Of a stretch of 64,000 bases of DNA, positions 40,067 to 49,814 are shown in pieces; the stretch's first letter is position 1, and the number at the start of each line of letters is the position of its first letter. This DNA is from an uncultured Candidatus Binatia bacterium (GTDB taxonomy: Bacteria; Desulfobacterota; Binatia; UBA9968; JAJDTQ01): positions 512,001 to 576,000 of the forward strand of contig OZ243916.1 in NCBI GenBank assembly GCA_965213675.1, read 5' to 3'. The notes beneath the pieces are model-generated. The model was not told the origin of the DNA and did not search any database. It saw only the letters and a program-made list of their open reading frames with translations. A program made the position numbers and the translations under genes.

Positions 40067-41812
40067 TCAACCACAATCCTCGATTGCCGCTGCCTCCCGG
40101 CCGGCGATGTATCCCTGCACGGTGCAGCGGCCCATGCCGTGCTGGTTGAAGCCGCCGGCGGACTCGCCGCCGCAATAAAGGCCGGGGATGATGGCGCCGT
40201 TCATGTCCAGCACCTGGCACTTCTCATTGATGCGCAGGCCGGCGCGGCTGTCGTGGATCAAGGGCGTGCCCCAGGCGGCGTGGAAAGGCGGCTTCTCGAT
40301 CTTGTACTTGGGGGAGGGCTTGCCGAAGTCCTTGTCCGTGCCGGAGTCCACAAAACTGTTGTAGCGGCGCACCGTGGCTTCCAGTACGGCGCCGCTCACG
40401 GGCGCGGGCTGCCATGGGTTCCGGATGGCGGAGGCCAGGTCCGGCAGGGTGTCGGCGCTGAAGAAGTAGCCGGCGGGGTCCACATGCGGCGGGGTGACCG
40501 TCCAGCCTTCGCGTTCCACCGCGGCGGAGTCGAAGATGGCCCACACCGGCCCGCCCGAGTAGTCGGGAGGCATGGAACCCGGGTTCATGGCCACCGCGGC
40601 GTTGAAGAAGTTGGAGTGGTGGGGATCGTACTGGATGTGGGTGTTGCGGTGGTCTCCCGGGGTGTACGGGTCGATGTCCTTGTGCTTGTTTCCCTCAGGG
40701 TAGTCGCCTTGGGTTTCGTCGTAGAAACGCTCGCCCACCTGGTTCACCAGGATCAGGTCGTGCCAGTTCTTGACGGACAGGCCCATGGCGCGCACCAGCG
40801 GGAAAATGGGGCTTTCCAACTCCCACGTCATGTAGTTCCAGCGCGTGCCCAGGGCGCGCTGCACCCGGATGTTGTCGCCGTTCTCCAGGACTTGGTTGGC
40901 CAGGCCCCACAAGGACGCGCCCACGGCCATGGCGGCGAGTTCGCCGCTGCCGTCCTGGTACGTGTAGGGCTCGCCGGCCACTTGGTAGACTTCGGTGAGC
41001 CGGGGGTCGAACATGCGCCGGAAGTTGACGTTGCTGGTGCTGCCACCGGTGGCAACGATCACCGCCTTGCGGGCGCGGATGGTCAGCGCGGCCTCGGTGC
41101 GGTCGATGTTGCCGTGGTTGCGGAAGCTGCGCAGCGGGGTAGTGCTGCCGGGCATGACGGTGGGGGTGTATTCGGCGGTGATGCCGACGACCCGTTCGGA
41201 AGGCTGGCCGGGGGCGCCTTCCCGGATGATGGCGGACATTTTGTAGTTCAGCAGGAACTTGACGCCCTTTTCCCGGGCGCTGGCTTCCAGCGGCCGCACC
41301 ATGCCGGTGCCGGGCCGGGCGTTGGGGCTTTCCAGGCCGGCGCCGTGCTCCCAATAGGTGTGGTTCTCCCGGTGCGCGGAGTTGCCGGTGGAGTGGGCGC
41401 CCCGGCTGTCGGGCGGAATCTCCCGAAACTTCACGCCGTTGGCCACCAGAAACTCATAGGTTTGCGCGCAATGATCGGCGAAGGCGCGGATCACCGCCCG
41501 GTCGCTGTAGCGGTAGTCCGGGGAGCCGTTGACCTGCACCACCGACCAGTCCGTGAGGTCGGCGAAGACCGTGTCCGGTGAGTCTTCGATGCCGTACTTG
41601 CGCTGCGCGCTGGTGCCGCCACCCAGCGGCACGTTGCCGCCGCTCAGGATGGCGTGGCCACCCACGTCGTAGTTGGTTTCCACCACCAGCACGGACGCAC
41701 CCGCGTCCGCCGCGGCTATGGCCGCGGGCAACCCGGTGGCCCCCGATCCGACAATGACGACGTCCGCCGAAAGGTCGGGCTCCGTCCGTAGTCCGGTTGA
41801 TTCCTGTGCCAT
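40067..41812 (-). CDS. FAD-binding flavoprotein (fumarate reductase/3-ketosteroid dehydrogenase-like)
   Basis: VVIVGSGATGL, AVIVATGG, VNQVGERFYDE, IPGLYCGGE. Confidence 0.85.
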   Translation of the reverse strand: MAQESTGLRTEPDLSADVVIVGSGATGLPAAIAAADAGASVLVVETNYDVGGHAILSGGNVPLGGGTSAQRKYGIEDSPDTVFADLTDWSVVQVNGSPDYRYSDRAVIRAFADHCAQTYEFLVANGVKFREIPPDSRGAHSTGNSAHRENHTYWEHGAGLESPNARPGTGMVRPLEASAREKGVKFLLNYKMSAIIREGAPGQPSERVVGITAEYTPTVMPGSTTPLRSFRNHGNIDRTEAALTIRARKAVIVATGGSTSNVNFRRMFDPRLTEVYQVAGEPYTYQDGSGELAAMAVGASLWGLANQVLENGDNIRVQRALGTRWNYMTWELESPIFPLVRAMGLSVKNWHDLILVNQVGERFYDETQGDYPEGNKHKDIDPYTPGDHRNTHIQYDPHHSNFFNAAVAMNPGSMPPDYSGGPVWAIFDSAAVEREGWTVTPPHVDPAGYFFSADTLPDLASAIRNPWQPAPVSGAVLEATVRRYNSFVDSGTDKDFGKPSPKYKIEKPPFHAAWGTPLIHDSRAGLRINEKCQVLDMNGAIIPGLYCGGESAGGFNQHGMGRCTVQGYIAGREAAAIEDCG

Positions 41813-42032
41813 GGCTGCGTCTCCCTCCGTGAACTGCGTTCGGCGTGGCCGACCGCTGTGGCCCCGCGAAGTCCGGCAGTACTCGCGAGTCACCACGATG
41901 TCCTTGTCTCTTTATATTATGTTTCAGGGCAAGTCTGACAGACTTCCGCCAAGCACGATGGCGTCCATCGACGGCGCCACCCTTGGACCGGCGCCGTTCG
42001 ACCTCGCTGCGCCACGATTCGGGCGTGACGAC

Positions 42033-42767
42033 TCATGATTCCGGCGCCCACTGAAGTTCCCGTTCCATGAAGTCCACCACCATGGGCCATGCCAGTTCCG
42101 CGGTGTGGGCGTGATAGCCCACCGCGCCCGGGTCCACGAACCCATGCCCGCCGAAAGGAAAGAAATGCCATTCCAGCGGCTGCCCGTTCCCTCGGAACGC
42201 GTACATCATCCTGTCCTGGACCGGAATCGTCGTGACCACGTCATCGGCTCCGTAGATGTTGATGGAAGGACAACGCATGGCCCTGGCCTTCTCCCACGGC
42301 GGGATCGGCCGCATGTCCGTGGGCGGCTCATCCCGCACCGTGGGGTAGTAGCCCACGAACGCCCGCACTTCGGGGGTCGCCGCGACGAAGTTGATGGCGA
42401 TGCGCCCGCCCATGCAGTAGCCGGACACGGCTACCCGCGTGTTGTCCACGTGGGGCTGGGACAGCAGGAAGCGCCAGCTCTCGGTGAGCGCGGCGTCAAA
42501 CTGGTCGTCTGACGTCTTCGCCTGGATCTCGGCGCCGCTGACGATGTGAGTGGGCTCCGGATATCCCAGTTGCTCGAAGACATTCGGCGCAAACGTGCTG
42601 TAGCCCAGGGCGGCGAACTTCCGCGCCTCGATCTTGATGTAGTCCGTCAATCCACCCTTCGGGTGGATCAGCAGCAACGCCGGCCCCGGCTCCGTCCGTT
42701 GCGGATGCGCCAGGAACCCGGCGACGCCGTGTTCCTTCTTGTTGAATGAGCGCTCAATGAGCTGCAT
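42033..42767 (-). CDS. Dienelactone hydrolase family
   Basis: GYCMGG nucleophile elbow, YGADD, GHGF. Confidence 0.88.
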   Translation of the reverse strand: MQLIERSFNKKEHGVAGFLAHPQRTEPGPALLLIHPKGGLTDYIKIEARKFAALGYSTFAPNVFEQLGYPEPTHIVSGAEIQAKTSDDQFDAALTESWRFLLSQPHVDNTRVAVSGYCMGGRIAINFVAATPEVRAFVGYYPTVRDEPPTDMRPIPPWEKARAMRCPSINIYGADDVVTTIPVQDRMMYAFRGNGQPLEWHFFPFGGHGFVDPGAVGYHAHTAELAWPMVVDFMERELQWAPES

Positions 42768-42833
42768 GGGTCCTCCCGGTTTGGACATGGTCTGTGGACT
42801 CCGGATCGTCGGAGGTGCGCGTATCCGCAAAAT

Positions 42834-43076
42834 TCACTGCGGACTTCCTTCGAAAGCGTCGAGCAGGTCGTCGGGCAGTGGCTCGAAGAACGTGGACGGG
42901 ACGGTCATCCCTTGATCGATTCCCACCGCTTTCGGTTCCATCCGCGGTTTCGTGACGGCCCGCAATTCGGCCACCGGCACGTTGCGGCGGAAGAGAAGGA
43001 TGGTTTCGCCGACTCCTACGCTCGCGAGATTCCGGGAAGGATTGTTGTTGGCTTCGGAAGACTCGATCCGAATCAT
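42834..43076 (-). CDS. Phd/YefM antitoxin, degenerate orphan
   Basis: SEA...SR.L..V..GETILLFRRNVPVAEL..VPSTFFEPLPDDLLDAFEG; only a few vapC-like codons follow. Confidence 0.65.
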   Translation of the reverse strand: MIRIESSEANNNPSRNLASVGVGETILLFRRNVPVAELRAVTKPRMEPKAVGIDQGMTVPSTFFEPLPDDLLDAFEGSPQ

Positions 43077-43196
43077 GGCGTGATTATGGATTGTTTCCTT
43101 GACCAATTTCAACTTCGGGAGACGGATGACCCGTCGGGTGCGCATGGCGGTGGCGCCGTCTTGACTTGAAGAGGGAAATCGGCAAAGGGTACGGCC

Positions 43197-44327
43197 ATGC
43201 GAATCATCGACGCAGACGGACACGTGAACGAGTGCCCCGCGACCTTCGACGACAAGTACATGGACCCGGCGTTCCGGGACCAGCGGCCGGCAATCGTCGG
43301 TTCGGGAGGGATGTACTACTGGATGATCGGCGAGCAGGTGGTGCCGCGGCGGTCGGGGCTGGGCTGCAACAACTTCAGCACCCCGGCCCGGGTCGATGGC
43401 AAGTCCACGCGTCATGGGGCACTGATCGAGGGGAAGAACCTGGATAGCTTGGACAGCCAGGAGTTGACGGATCTCAATGCTCGTCTCGAGGCGCTGGACG
43501 CAGAGGACATCGATGTCCAGGTGATCTTTCCGACACTCTTCCTGGCCTATCCCTTGACCACGGATCCGGCGCTCATGACAGCGCTGTGTTCTTCCTACAA
43601 CCGCTGGATGGGCGACACGCTGTCGGGTTGCGAGCGCCTGAAGTGGGCCGGGGTCGTCAATTTGGAAGACGTGTCCGGGGCGGTGCATGGCGTGTACGAG
43701 GCCAAGAGCCTCGGCGCCTCGGCCATCATGGTGCTGGGGACCGCCGGTGACCGCATGCTGGACAACCCCATGTTCCTGCCCTTCTACGAGGCCATGGCGG
43801 AGACGGACCTGACCCTGGGCGTGCACGTGGGATGGTCGTGCCCGTCGCTCAACAACCTCTACAGCGAACTGTACCCCTCCTGGATCACGGCGTTCACCAT
43901 GCCGTTGCTGATGGGGTTCGTCGCCTTCATGACCGGCGGCGTCCTGGACCGGTTTCCGAACCTGCGGGTGGTCTTCCTGGAGGCGGGCTGCCTTTGGATC
44001 CCGTTCGTCCTCGACCGCCTCAAACACCGGTACCCGCATGCCCACCGGCTGGCGAACCTCTACCCGCAGATCCACGTCAACGCCGCCGCCGAGCCCAATG
44101 AGTACCTGAAGCGCGGCAACCTGTACTGGAGCGCGGAAGTGGAGGACGACATGCTGCCCCAGGTCATGGACCTGGTGGGGGAGGGCCAGATCGTTTTCGG
44201 CTCCGACATGCCCCACTCCGACCGGGAGCGCTACGCCGCCAGGACGCTGCGCGAGCGGGACGACGTGAGCGAATCGGGCAAAAGGGCGATCCTGGAGAGC
44301 AACCCGGCGCGGTTATACGGGTTCTAA
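43197..44327 (+). CDS. Amidohydrolase_2 family protein
   Basis: IIDADGHVNE, QVIFPT, LEAGCLW, FGSDMPH. Confidence 0.9.
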   Translation: MRIIDADGHVNECPATFDDKYMDPAFRDQRPAIVGSGGMYYWMIGEQVVPRRSGLGCNNFSTPARVDGKSTRHGALIEGKNLDSLDSQELTDLNARLEALDAEDIDVQVIFPTLFLAYPLTTDPALMTALCSSYNRWMGDTLSGCERLKWAGVVNLEDVSGAVHGVYEAKSLGASAIMVLGTAGDRMLDNPMFLPFYEAMAETDLTLGVHVGWSCPSLNNLYSELYPSWITAFTMPLLMGFVAFMTGGVLDRFPNLRVVFLEAGCLWIPFVLDRLKHRYPHAHRLANLYPQIHVNAAAEPNEYLKRGNLYWSAEVEDDMLPQVMDLVGEGQIVFGSDMPHSDRERYAARTLRERDDVSESGKRAILESNPARLYGF

Positions 44328-44403
44328 TGTCGTGTAACGTCAGAATCGCGAACCCCGCATCCGCCGCGAGCGCGGAATGCCTGAACCGCAAGGAGAACTT
44401 GAA

Positions 44404-44826
44404 ATGTCGCTCAATACCTATCTCTTCTTTGACGGCAATTGCCGGGAGGCCTTCGAGTTTTACCGCTCGGTGTTCGGCGGCGAGTACGAGATGCTACAGA
44501 CCTTCGGCGACGGGCCGCCGGATCTGAACGTGACGGAGGAGGAGAAGGAGCGCATCATGCACGTCGCCCTCGCCGTTGGATCGGGCGTGCTGATGGGAAG
44601 CGACAGCGCCTCCGCCTTCGGTCCGCCTCCGGTTCAGGGGACCAACTTCGCGATATCCATCGACGGCGAGAGCAGGAAGTACTGCGACGAGGTTTTCGCG
44701 AGACTGTCGGAGGGAGGCACGGTCACCATGCCCATGCAGGACACCTTCTGGGGCGCCTACTTCGGCAGTTGGATCGACCGGTTCGGCGTCACTTGGATGA
44801 TCAGCTACGAGTTGCCGGGCGAATAA
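44404..44826 (+). CDS. VOC/PhnB (YjdN-like) family protein
   Basis: YLFFDGNCREAFEFY, IMHVAL, MPMQDTFWGAYFG..DRFGVTW. Confidence 0.9.
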   Translation: MSLNTYLFFDGNCREAFEFYRSVFGGEYEMLQTFGDGPPDLNVTEEEKERIMHVALAVGSGVLMGSDSASAFGPPPVQGTNFAISIDGESRKYCDEVFARLSEGGTVTMPMQDTFWGAYFGSWIDRFGVTWMISYELPGE

Positions 44827-44864
44827 ACCGGGAACCCTCCACTTCACTTGCACCCGGAGTAGAC

Positions 44865-45269
44865 ATGGCAGAGAAGACGCTAAAGGGCAGTTGTCTGTGC
44901 AAGGCCGTCCGATTTGAAATCAGCCCGCCGTTCATCCGCTTCGCCCACTGCTACTGCATGCGGTGCCGCAAGGCCACGGGCGGGGTGAAGTCCAGCAACA
45001 TCTCGGTGCCGCTGGAGCAGTTCAAGTGGATCTCAGGCGAGGATGTGATTTCCCGGTGGGACATGCCCGAGGCGCGCGCGTTCGCCATCGCCGTCTGCAG
45101 CAAGTGCAACTGCCCGGTAGCGCGTCCCACCCGGGACCGCTCGCGCATGACCGTTCCCGCCGGCAGCCTCGACGACGAGCCCGGCGAGGGACCGTCGGCT
45201 CACCGCTACTGGGACAACCGCGCCGGCTGGGCGGCCACCGACGAGTCCCACCTGCCCTACGAGGACTGA
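44865..45269 (+). CDS. GFA (CENP-V) family Zn protein
   Basis: GSCLCKAVRF, HCYCMRCRKATG, CSKC. Confidence 0.88.
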   Translation: MAEKTLKGSCLCKAVRFEISPPFIRFAHCYCMRCRKATGGVKSSNISVPLEQFKWISGEDVISRWDMPEARAFAIAVCSKCNCPVARPTRDRSRMTVPAGSLDDEPGEGPSAHRYWDNRAGWAATDESHLPYED

Positions 45270-45275
45270 TCGGAC

Positions 45276-46031
45276 ATGGCCCAACAGGATCGTGAATTCG
45301 TGGTGGGCTCCGTATGGCCCACCAACCGCACCGGGACCTTGGGCGACAACGAGCTCGACCGCCGGCTACCGCCGGCCATCAGGCTTGTCCACGTCACCAT
45401 GGACTTTCAGGAGGGGACCGAGGAAGAGTTCGCCCGCTCCATCCCCGGCTACGAGGCCAAGGCCGCGGGGCTCATGGGGGAGAAGCCCAACCTCATCCGC
45501 GTGCTCGGCGCGCCGCCCTTCATGATTCTGGGGTTCGACGGCGAGAGCCGGGTCATACGGGGCTGGGAAGAGAAATACGGCGTGCCCATGTTTACGTCGG
45601 GCCAGAACCACGTGCGCGCGCTCCGCGCCCTCGGGATCAAGCGCCTGCTCGGCGGTACCTACCTGCCCGACAACCTCAACGACATCTTCGCCAGCTACCT
45701 GCGGGAAGCCGGCTTTGACGTCATCGCCATGGAGGGCATGGACGCGCCGTTCCATGAGGTGCCGAATATCCCGGCCACGGAAATCGCCGAGCACTTGAAG
45801 CAGTCGTTCCGGCGCCATCCGGGCGCCGAGGCCCTGTACCTGCTGGGGTCGGCCTGGAAGGTCCTGGACGTCCTCGAAGACATCGAGGACAGCGTAGGCG
45901 TACCGGTGATATACCCCCTCACTGCCCGGAGCTGGGAAACCCGGCTACGCCTGGGCTTCCGCCAGCCCATCCCCGGCTACGGCCGGCTCCTGTCCGAGAT
46001 GCCGGACCTGGGTCCCGTGGTCGGTAGTTAG
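45276..46031 (+). CDS. Maleate isomerase/AMDase-fold protein lacking all Cys
   Basis: GAPPF, WEEKYGVPMFTSGQ, LYLLGSAW, GYGRLL; paralog of 33145-33870. Confidence 0.82.
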   Translation: MAQQDREFVVGSVWPTNRTGTLGDNELDRRLPPAIRLVHVTMDFQEGTEEEFARSIPGYEAKAAGLMGEKPNLIRVLGAPPFMILGFDGESRVIRGWEEKYGVPMFTSGQNHVRALRALGIKRLLGGTYLPDNLNDIFASYLREAGFDVIAMEGMDAPFHEVPNIPATEIAEHLKQSFRRHPGAEALYLLGSAWKVLDVLEDIEDSVGVPVIYPLTARSWETRLRLGFRQPIPGYGRLLSEMPDLGPVVGS

Positions 46032-46049
46032 TTTGACGTCGCGGTTGAT

Positions 46050-46472
46050 CTACCTGCCGAGATTTCGCTCCTGAATCTCGTTTCGGGCAGCGCTGGAAAG
46101 AAACGCGGAGCGGGTCATGCCGCGCCGCTTGGCCTCGTCATCTATGGCCTGCAAAAGGCCGTAATCCAGGGAGACATTGACGCGCCGTGGCGACCCTTTG
46201 TCGATGACCGCGGGGATGAAACAGATGGTCGCTCCTTCCCGCCATTCTGCGAGGTTCGGATCGGCTTCGATATCCTCAAGCGAACGCGGCTTCGGGATTG
46301 CCTCCCCGTCTTGGATCATGCCCTCGATATGAAAGGCGAGCGCAGTAGCGCCACGCCGAATGGTCTCATCAATGGTGTCGCCGTCGGACACGCATCCCGG
46401 AAAGTCGGGAAAGCTAATACCGAAACCCGGTTCATCATCTCGGTGGACGAAGGCGATGTAGAGCATGGCCAT
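46050..46472 (-). CDS. hicB: HicB antitoxin with RHH domain
   Basis: FGISFPDFPGCVSDGDT, RVNVSLD..LL..ID..A...GMTRSAFL. Confidence 0.9.
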   Translation of the reverse strand: MAMLYIAFVHRDDEPGFGISFPDFPGCVSDGDTIDETIRRGATALAFHIEGMIQDGEAIPKPRSLEDIEADPNLAEWREGATICFIPAVIDKGSPRRVNVSLDYGLLQAIDDEAKRRGMTRSAFLSSAARNEIQERNLGR

Positions 46473-46480
46473 TCCCTTTG

Positions 46481-46669
46481 TTACCTCCAGCCCGCTTGCC
46501 TGTAGATCGAAATGATCGTGCCAGGTTTGATGTCCCGCCTCGGGTGCGGCACGGTCACACGCCCCGTCTTGAGAGGATGTTTGAACTGCCAGTGGTCGCC
46601 TTTGACAGCGACGCGCGCGTCGCGTTGCCGCCAGCGGGGAGCGACGACGCGATACGGTGTCTGGTGCAT
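46481..46669 (-). pseudogene. hicA: HicA toxin with replaced/lost N-terminus
   Basis: RVAVKGDHWQFKHP..GRVTVPHPRRDI..GT..SIYRQAG is conserved; the upstream part lacks the usual first helix and begins in a degenerate MITE end. Confidence 0.7.
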
Positions 46670-46689
46670 TACCGTTGAGAGGTAATCCT

Positions 46690-48012
46690 TTACGACGCGA
46701 ACCGCGACATCGTCACCGGCGTGTACTCGTCCGGCGCCTGGGTGACCACCAGCTCGGGCTCGATGCCGTAGAGGCGGCGGGCGTTGCCGCCCAGCATCTT
46801 CTCCTGGACGTGCTTCGGGACGTTGTGCTTGGTCATGGCGTCCATGGCTTCCCATACGTCGGCGGCGTCGAGGTGGGGCATGTCCGAGGACCACAGGCCG
46901 ATGTCTTCGTAGAGGTCCCAGAGCCGGAAGGTGATCTCCTCGTCGCCCTCGAAGGCGATGAAGCAGCTCTTGTAGAAAACCTCCTTGGGATCGCCGATGT
47001 TCTCGTTGGTGTGGCGGTAGAGCTCCAGGTAGCCTTCGGCCTTCTCCAGCACCAGCGGTAGCCAGCTCGAGTTGGACTCCAGGATCGCCACCTTGAGGCG
47101 CGGGAACTTCTCGAGCCAGCCGGTCATCAGCACCACGCCGGTCCAGGTCATGGCCTCGGCGATGAAGCCGTAGGCGGCGTCGCCGGCCTGCTTGGACCCC
47201 ATGGCCTGCATGATGTTGGCGACGAACTGGCCGGGCGAGTAGACCAGGATGTCCTCGTCGCCGAACAGGCGCTTGCGGTCGGTGCCCATGCGCTCCGCCA
47301 GCCCCGGCGACATGGCCTCGCCCCGGGAGGGGAAGGTGTGCATGCCCAGCACCATGCCCAGTTCCTCGAACTCCTTCCACAAGGGGTCGAACTCCGGAAA
47401 GGTGGGGTAGCGGTTGAGGGCGATGATGGGCCGCACCAGCGCCGACTTGAAGCCGCGCTTCGCCACCCGCCGCAACTCGTCGATGGCGCGGTCCACGTCC
47501 TGCAGGGGCAGCACCGCCGCCGGGTACATACGTTTCCGGTCGGCGCCGCAGTAGTCGTAGACCCAGTCGTTGTAGGCCCGGGCGCACAGGTGCGCGGCCT
47601 CGGCGTTCTCCACCAGCGGCAGGTAGACGAAGGTCGAGGGAAAGATCATCACCTGGTCGATGCCGGAGGCGTCCATGTCCTTGAGGCGCACGTGGGGGTC
47701 CCGGGCGCTGGCGTTGCGGCCTACCGTCTCGTCCCATTCTTTGGTGCCGGGCTGAACGCTGCCGATTTCCTCCTTGGTCAGCCCGGGATGCCAGGTTTCC
47801 GCCGGATACTTCCACTCGTTGGGGCTGCGAAAGCTGATGCGCGAGTTGCGCACCAGCACGAGGCGGTCCGCGTCGCGGTAGAAGTGCGTCTTGGCCAGCG
47901 AACGGTGGCGCTCCGGAATGTACTTGTCCCACACCTCCGGGGGCTCGTAGATGTGGCTGTCGCAGTCGAAAACGGGAAAGTCCTTGGTACGACCTTTGGC
48001 GCTGTAAGCCAT
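46690..48012 (-). CDS. Amidohydrolase_2 family protein
   Basis: FDCDSHIYEP, VMIFPS, ILESNSSW, WSSDMPH. Confidence 0.9.
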   Translation of the reverse strand: MAYSAKGRTKDFPVFDCDSHIYEPPEVWDKYIPERHRSLAKTHFYRDADRLVLVRNSRISFRSPNEWKYPAETWHPGLTKEEIGSVQPGTKEWDETVGRNASARDPHVRLKDMDASGIDQVMIFPSTFVYLPLVENAEAAHLCARAYNDWVYDYCGADRKRMYPAAVLPLQDVDRAIDELRRVAKRGFKSALVRPIIALNRYPTFPEFDPLWKEFEELGMVLGMHTFPSRGEAMSPGLAERMGTDRKRLFGDEDILVYSPGQFVANIMQAMGSKQAGDAAYGFIAEAMTWTGVVLMTGWLEKFPRLKVAILESNSSWLPLVLEKAEGYLELYRHTNENIGDPKEVFYKSCFIAFEGDEEITFRLWDLYEDIGLWSSDMPHLDAADVWEAMDAMTKHNVPKHVQEKMLGGNARRLYGIEPELVVTQAPDEYTPVTMSRFAS

Positions 48013-48037
48013 GATACCTCCTGCGGGTGGGTTGGAG

Positions 48038-48886
48038 TTACTTCCGGTCGGGCCATGCCGCCTGCGAAGACAGGTCCTGCCAGGCCGCCGGACGGCAGAC
48101 TGCCTTGGCGGCTTCGTCGGGCTCCAGGGCGGTATCCCAGTCGTTGCCCACGAAGCGGCAGCCGGTGATGTCACGGGAAGCGTCCGACACGAGCCAGCGG
48201 ACGGGCGCGGCCATGACCCCGGGCTGGACCAGCTTGCCGCGGTCGAAGGGGGCGCTTTCGGGGATGAAGCTCGTGTTGGTGGGTCCGCCGGGCACCAGCA
48301 CGTTGACGGTGACGCCGGTGCCTTCCAGGTCCTTGGCCCAGCTCGCGGTGGCGGCCTCCAGCGCGGCCTTGGACATGCCGTAGGGGGTGTAGGCGCCGCG
48401 GAACATGGTGTCGAGGCTCGTGGTGACGTTGACGATGCGGCCGGAACCTTGCTCTACCAAGTGAGGAGTGACCGCCCGGGCCATCAGGAAGGCGCCTTTC
48501 CAGTTGACGTCCATCACCGCTTGCCAGCGGTCAGGCTCCACTTCCCAGAAACGCACCGGCTCGCTCATGTAGTTGGCGCGCACGGTCTGCATGCCGATGC
48601 CGGCGGCGTTGACCAGCGCGTCCACGCGCCCGAAGCGGTGAAGCACCGCGGCCGCCACCCGCTCGCATTCCTCCGCCTGGGTGATGTCCGCGGCGAGGGT
48701 CATGAGGGCGCCTTCCTCCGCCACACCCGCGGCGCGCCGGGCCATGGCCTGGCAACGCTCCTCCTGGTTGTCCACCACCGCCACCCGGGCGCCGTCCTCC
48801 AACAGCGCCAGCGTCATGACCGTGCCCATGCCGCCGGCGCCGCCAGTGATAATCACGATCTTTCCGTTCAGGGGTTTTTCGGGCAC
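48038..48886 (-). CDS. SDR family oxidoreductase
   Basis: TGGAGGMG, VNAAG, YGMSK. Confidence 0.9.
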   Translation of the reverse strand: MPEKPLNGKIVIITGGAGGMGTVMTLALLEDGARVAVVDNQEERCQAMARRAAGVAEEGALMTLAADITQAEECERVAAAVLHRFGRVDALVNAAGIGMQTVRANYMSEPVRFWEVEPDRWQAVMDVNWKGAFLMARAVTPHLVEQGSGRIVNVTTSLDTMFRGAYTPYGMSKAALEAATASWAKDLEGTGVTVNVLVPGGPTNTSFIPESAPFDRGKLVQPGVMAAPVRWLVSDASRDITGCRFVGNDWDTALEPDEAAKAVCRPAAWQDLSSQAAWPDRK

Positions 48887-48992
48887 TGGGCGGTCCTTTC
48901 TCGAATCGGTTTCAAGTGTGTGCCGGACGATGACGCGCGCGGGTCCCGCAACCGTGGGTGGCCACGCGAAGGGTGCCGGAATCTCCCCGGCC

Positions 48993-49802
48993 TCATGCTC
49001 CCTGCTTGTTCGCCTTGTACTGCTGGTGGTTACGGTCGAGGGCGGCCAGGCACTCGGGGTCGAAGTCCTGCTTCGCCAGGGGTTCGGACTCCCAGTGGCC
49101 GTGGGTGTCGGCGCCGCGCAGCAGCGCCGCGCTGGCATGGTCGAACAGCGTCTGGTGCACGTGCGGGGCGATGAAGTGGATGGAGTAGCCCAGCCGGCGG
49201 TCGTCGGACTGATTGGGATTGGAGCCGTGGATCACGGTCTCGCTGTGAAACGAGATCTCGCCGGCCTCGAGCTCCACGTCCACCGCCTGGGACTCGTCCA
49301 CGCCCTCGATGGTCTGGCCCCTGGACAACAGGTTGTCCTCGGCGAAGGTCTCCACGTGCCGGAGCGCGCCCGCCGCGTGGGAGCGGGGGATCACCCGCAT
49401 GCAGCCGCTCGGAACCCTGCTGTCGGTGAACGCGAACCAGGCGGTGAGGGTCTCCCGCGGCTGCAGCCCGTAATAGGTGGTGTCCTGGTGCCAGGAGACG
49501 AACCGGGAATCGTGGGCGTTCTTGGTGAAGAAGCTGGAGCCCCAGCACAGGATGTCCGGACCGATGATGTCCTCCACCGCGTCCAGCATCACCGGATGAC
49601 GGATCAACTCGTTCAACCAGGGGAAGGGAAGGTGGGCCTTGATGCGGTAACGCTCCTGGAGTTCGCCGCCGATGGTTTGTTCCACCTCCTCCAGCCTGCA
49701 CCGCAGCGCGCCCGCGGAGTTCCTGTCCATGATGCGGACAGGAAATAGAAACCCGTCCCGATGGTAGGCGTCCACCTGCGCTTGTGTCAGTACCTTGGGC
49801 AT
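48993..49802 (-). CDS. Phytanoyl-CoA dioxygenase (PhyH) family
   Basis: WHQD...HGSNPNQSDDRR, 2-His-1-Asp triad. Confidence 0.9.
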   Translation of the reverse strand: MPKVLTQAQVDAYHRDGFLFPVRIMDRNSAGALRCRLEEVEQTIGGELQERYRIKAHLPFPWLNELIRHPVMLDAVEDIIGPDILCWGSSFFTKNAHDSRFVSWHQDTTYYGLQPRETLTAWFAFTDSRVPSGCMRVIPRSHAAGALRHVETFAEDNLLSRGQTIEGVDESQAVDVELEAGEISFHSETVIHGSNPNQSDDRRLGYSIHFIAPHVHQTLFDHASAALLRGADTHGHWESEPLAKQDFDPECLAALDRNHQQYKANKQGA

Positions 49803-49814
49803 TGTGGTCTCCGT

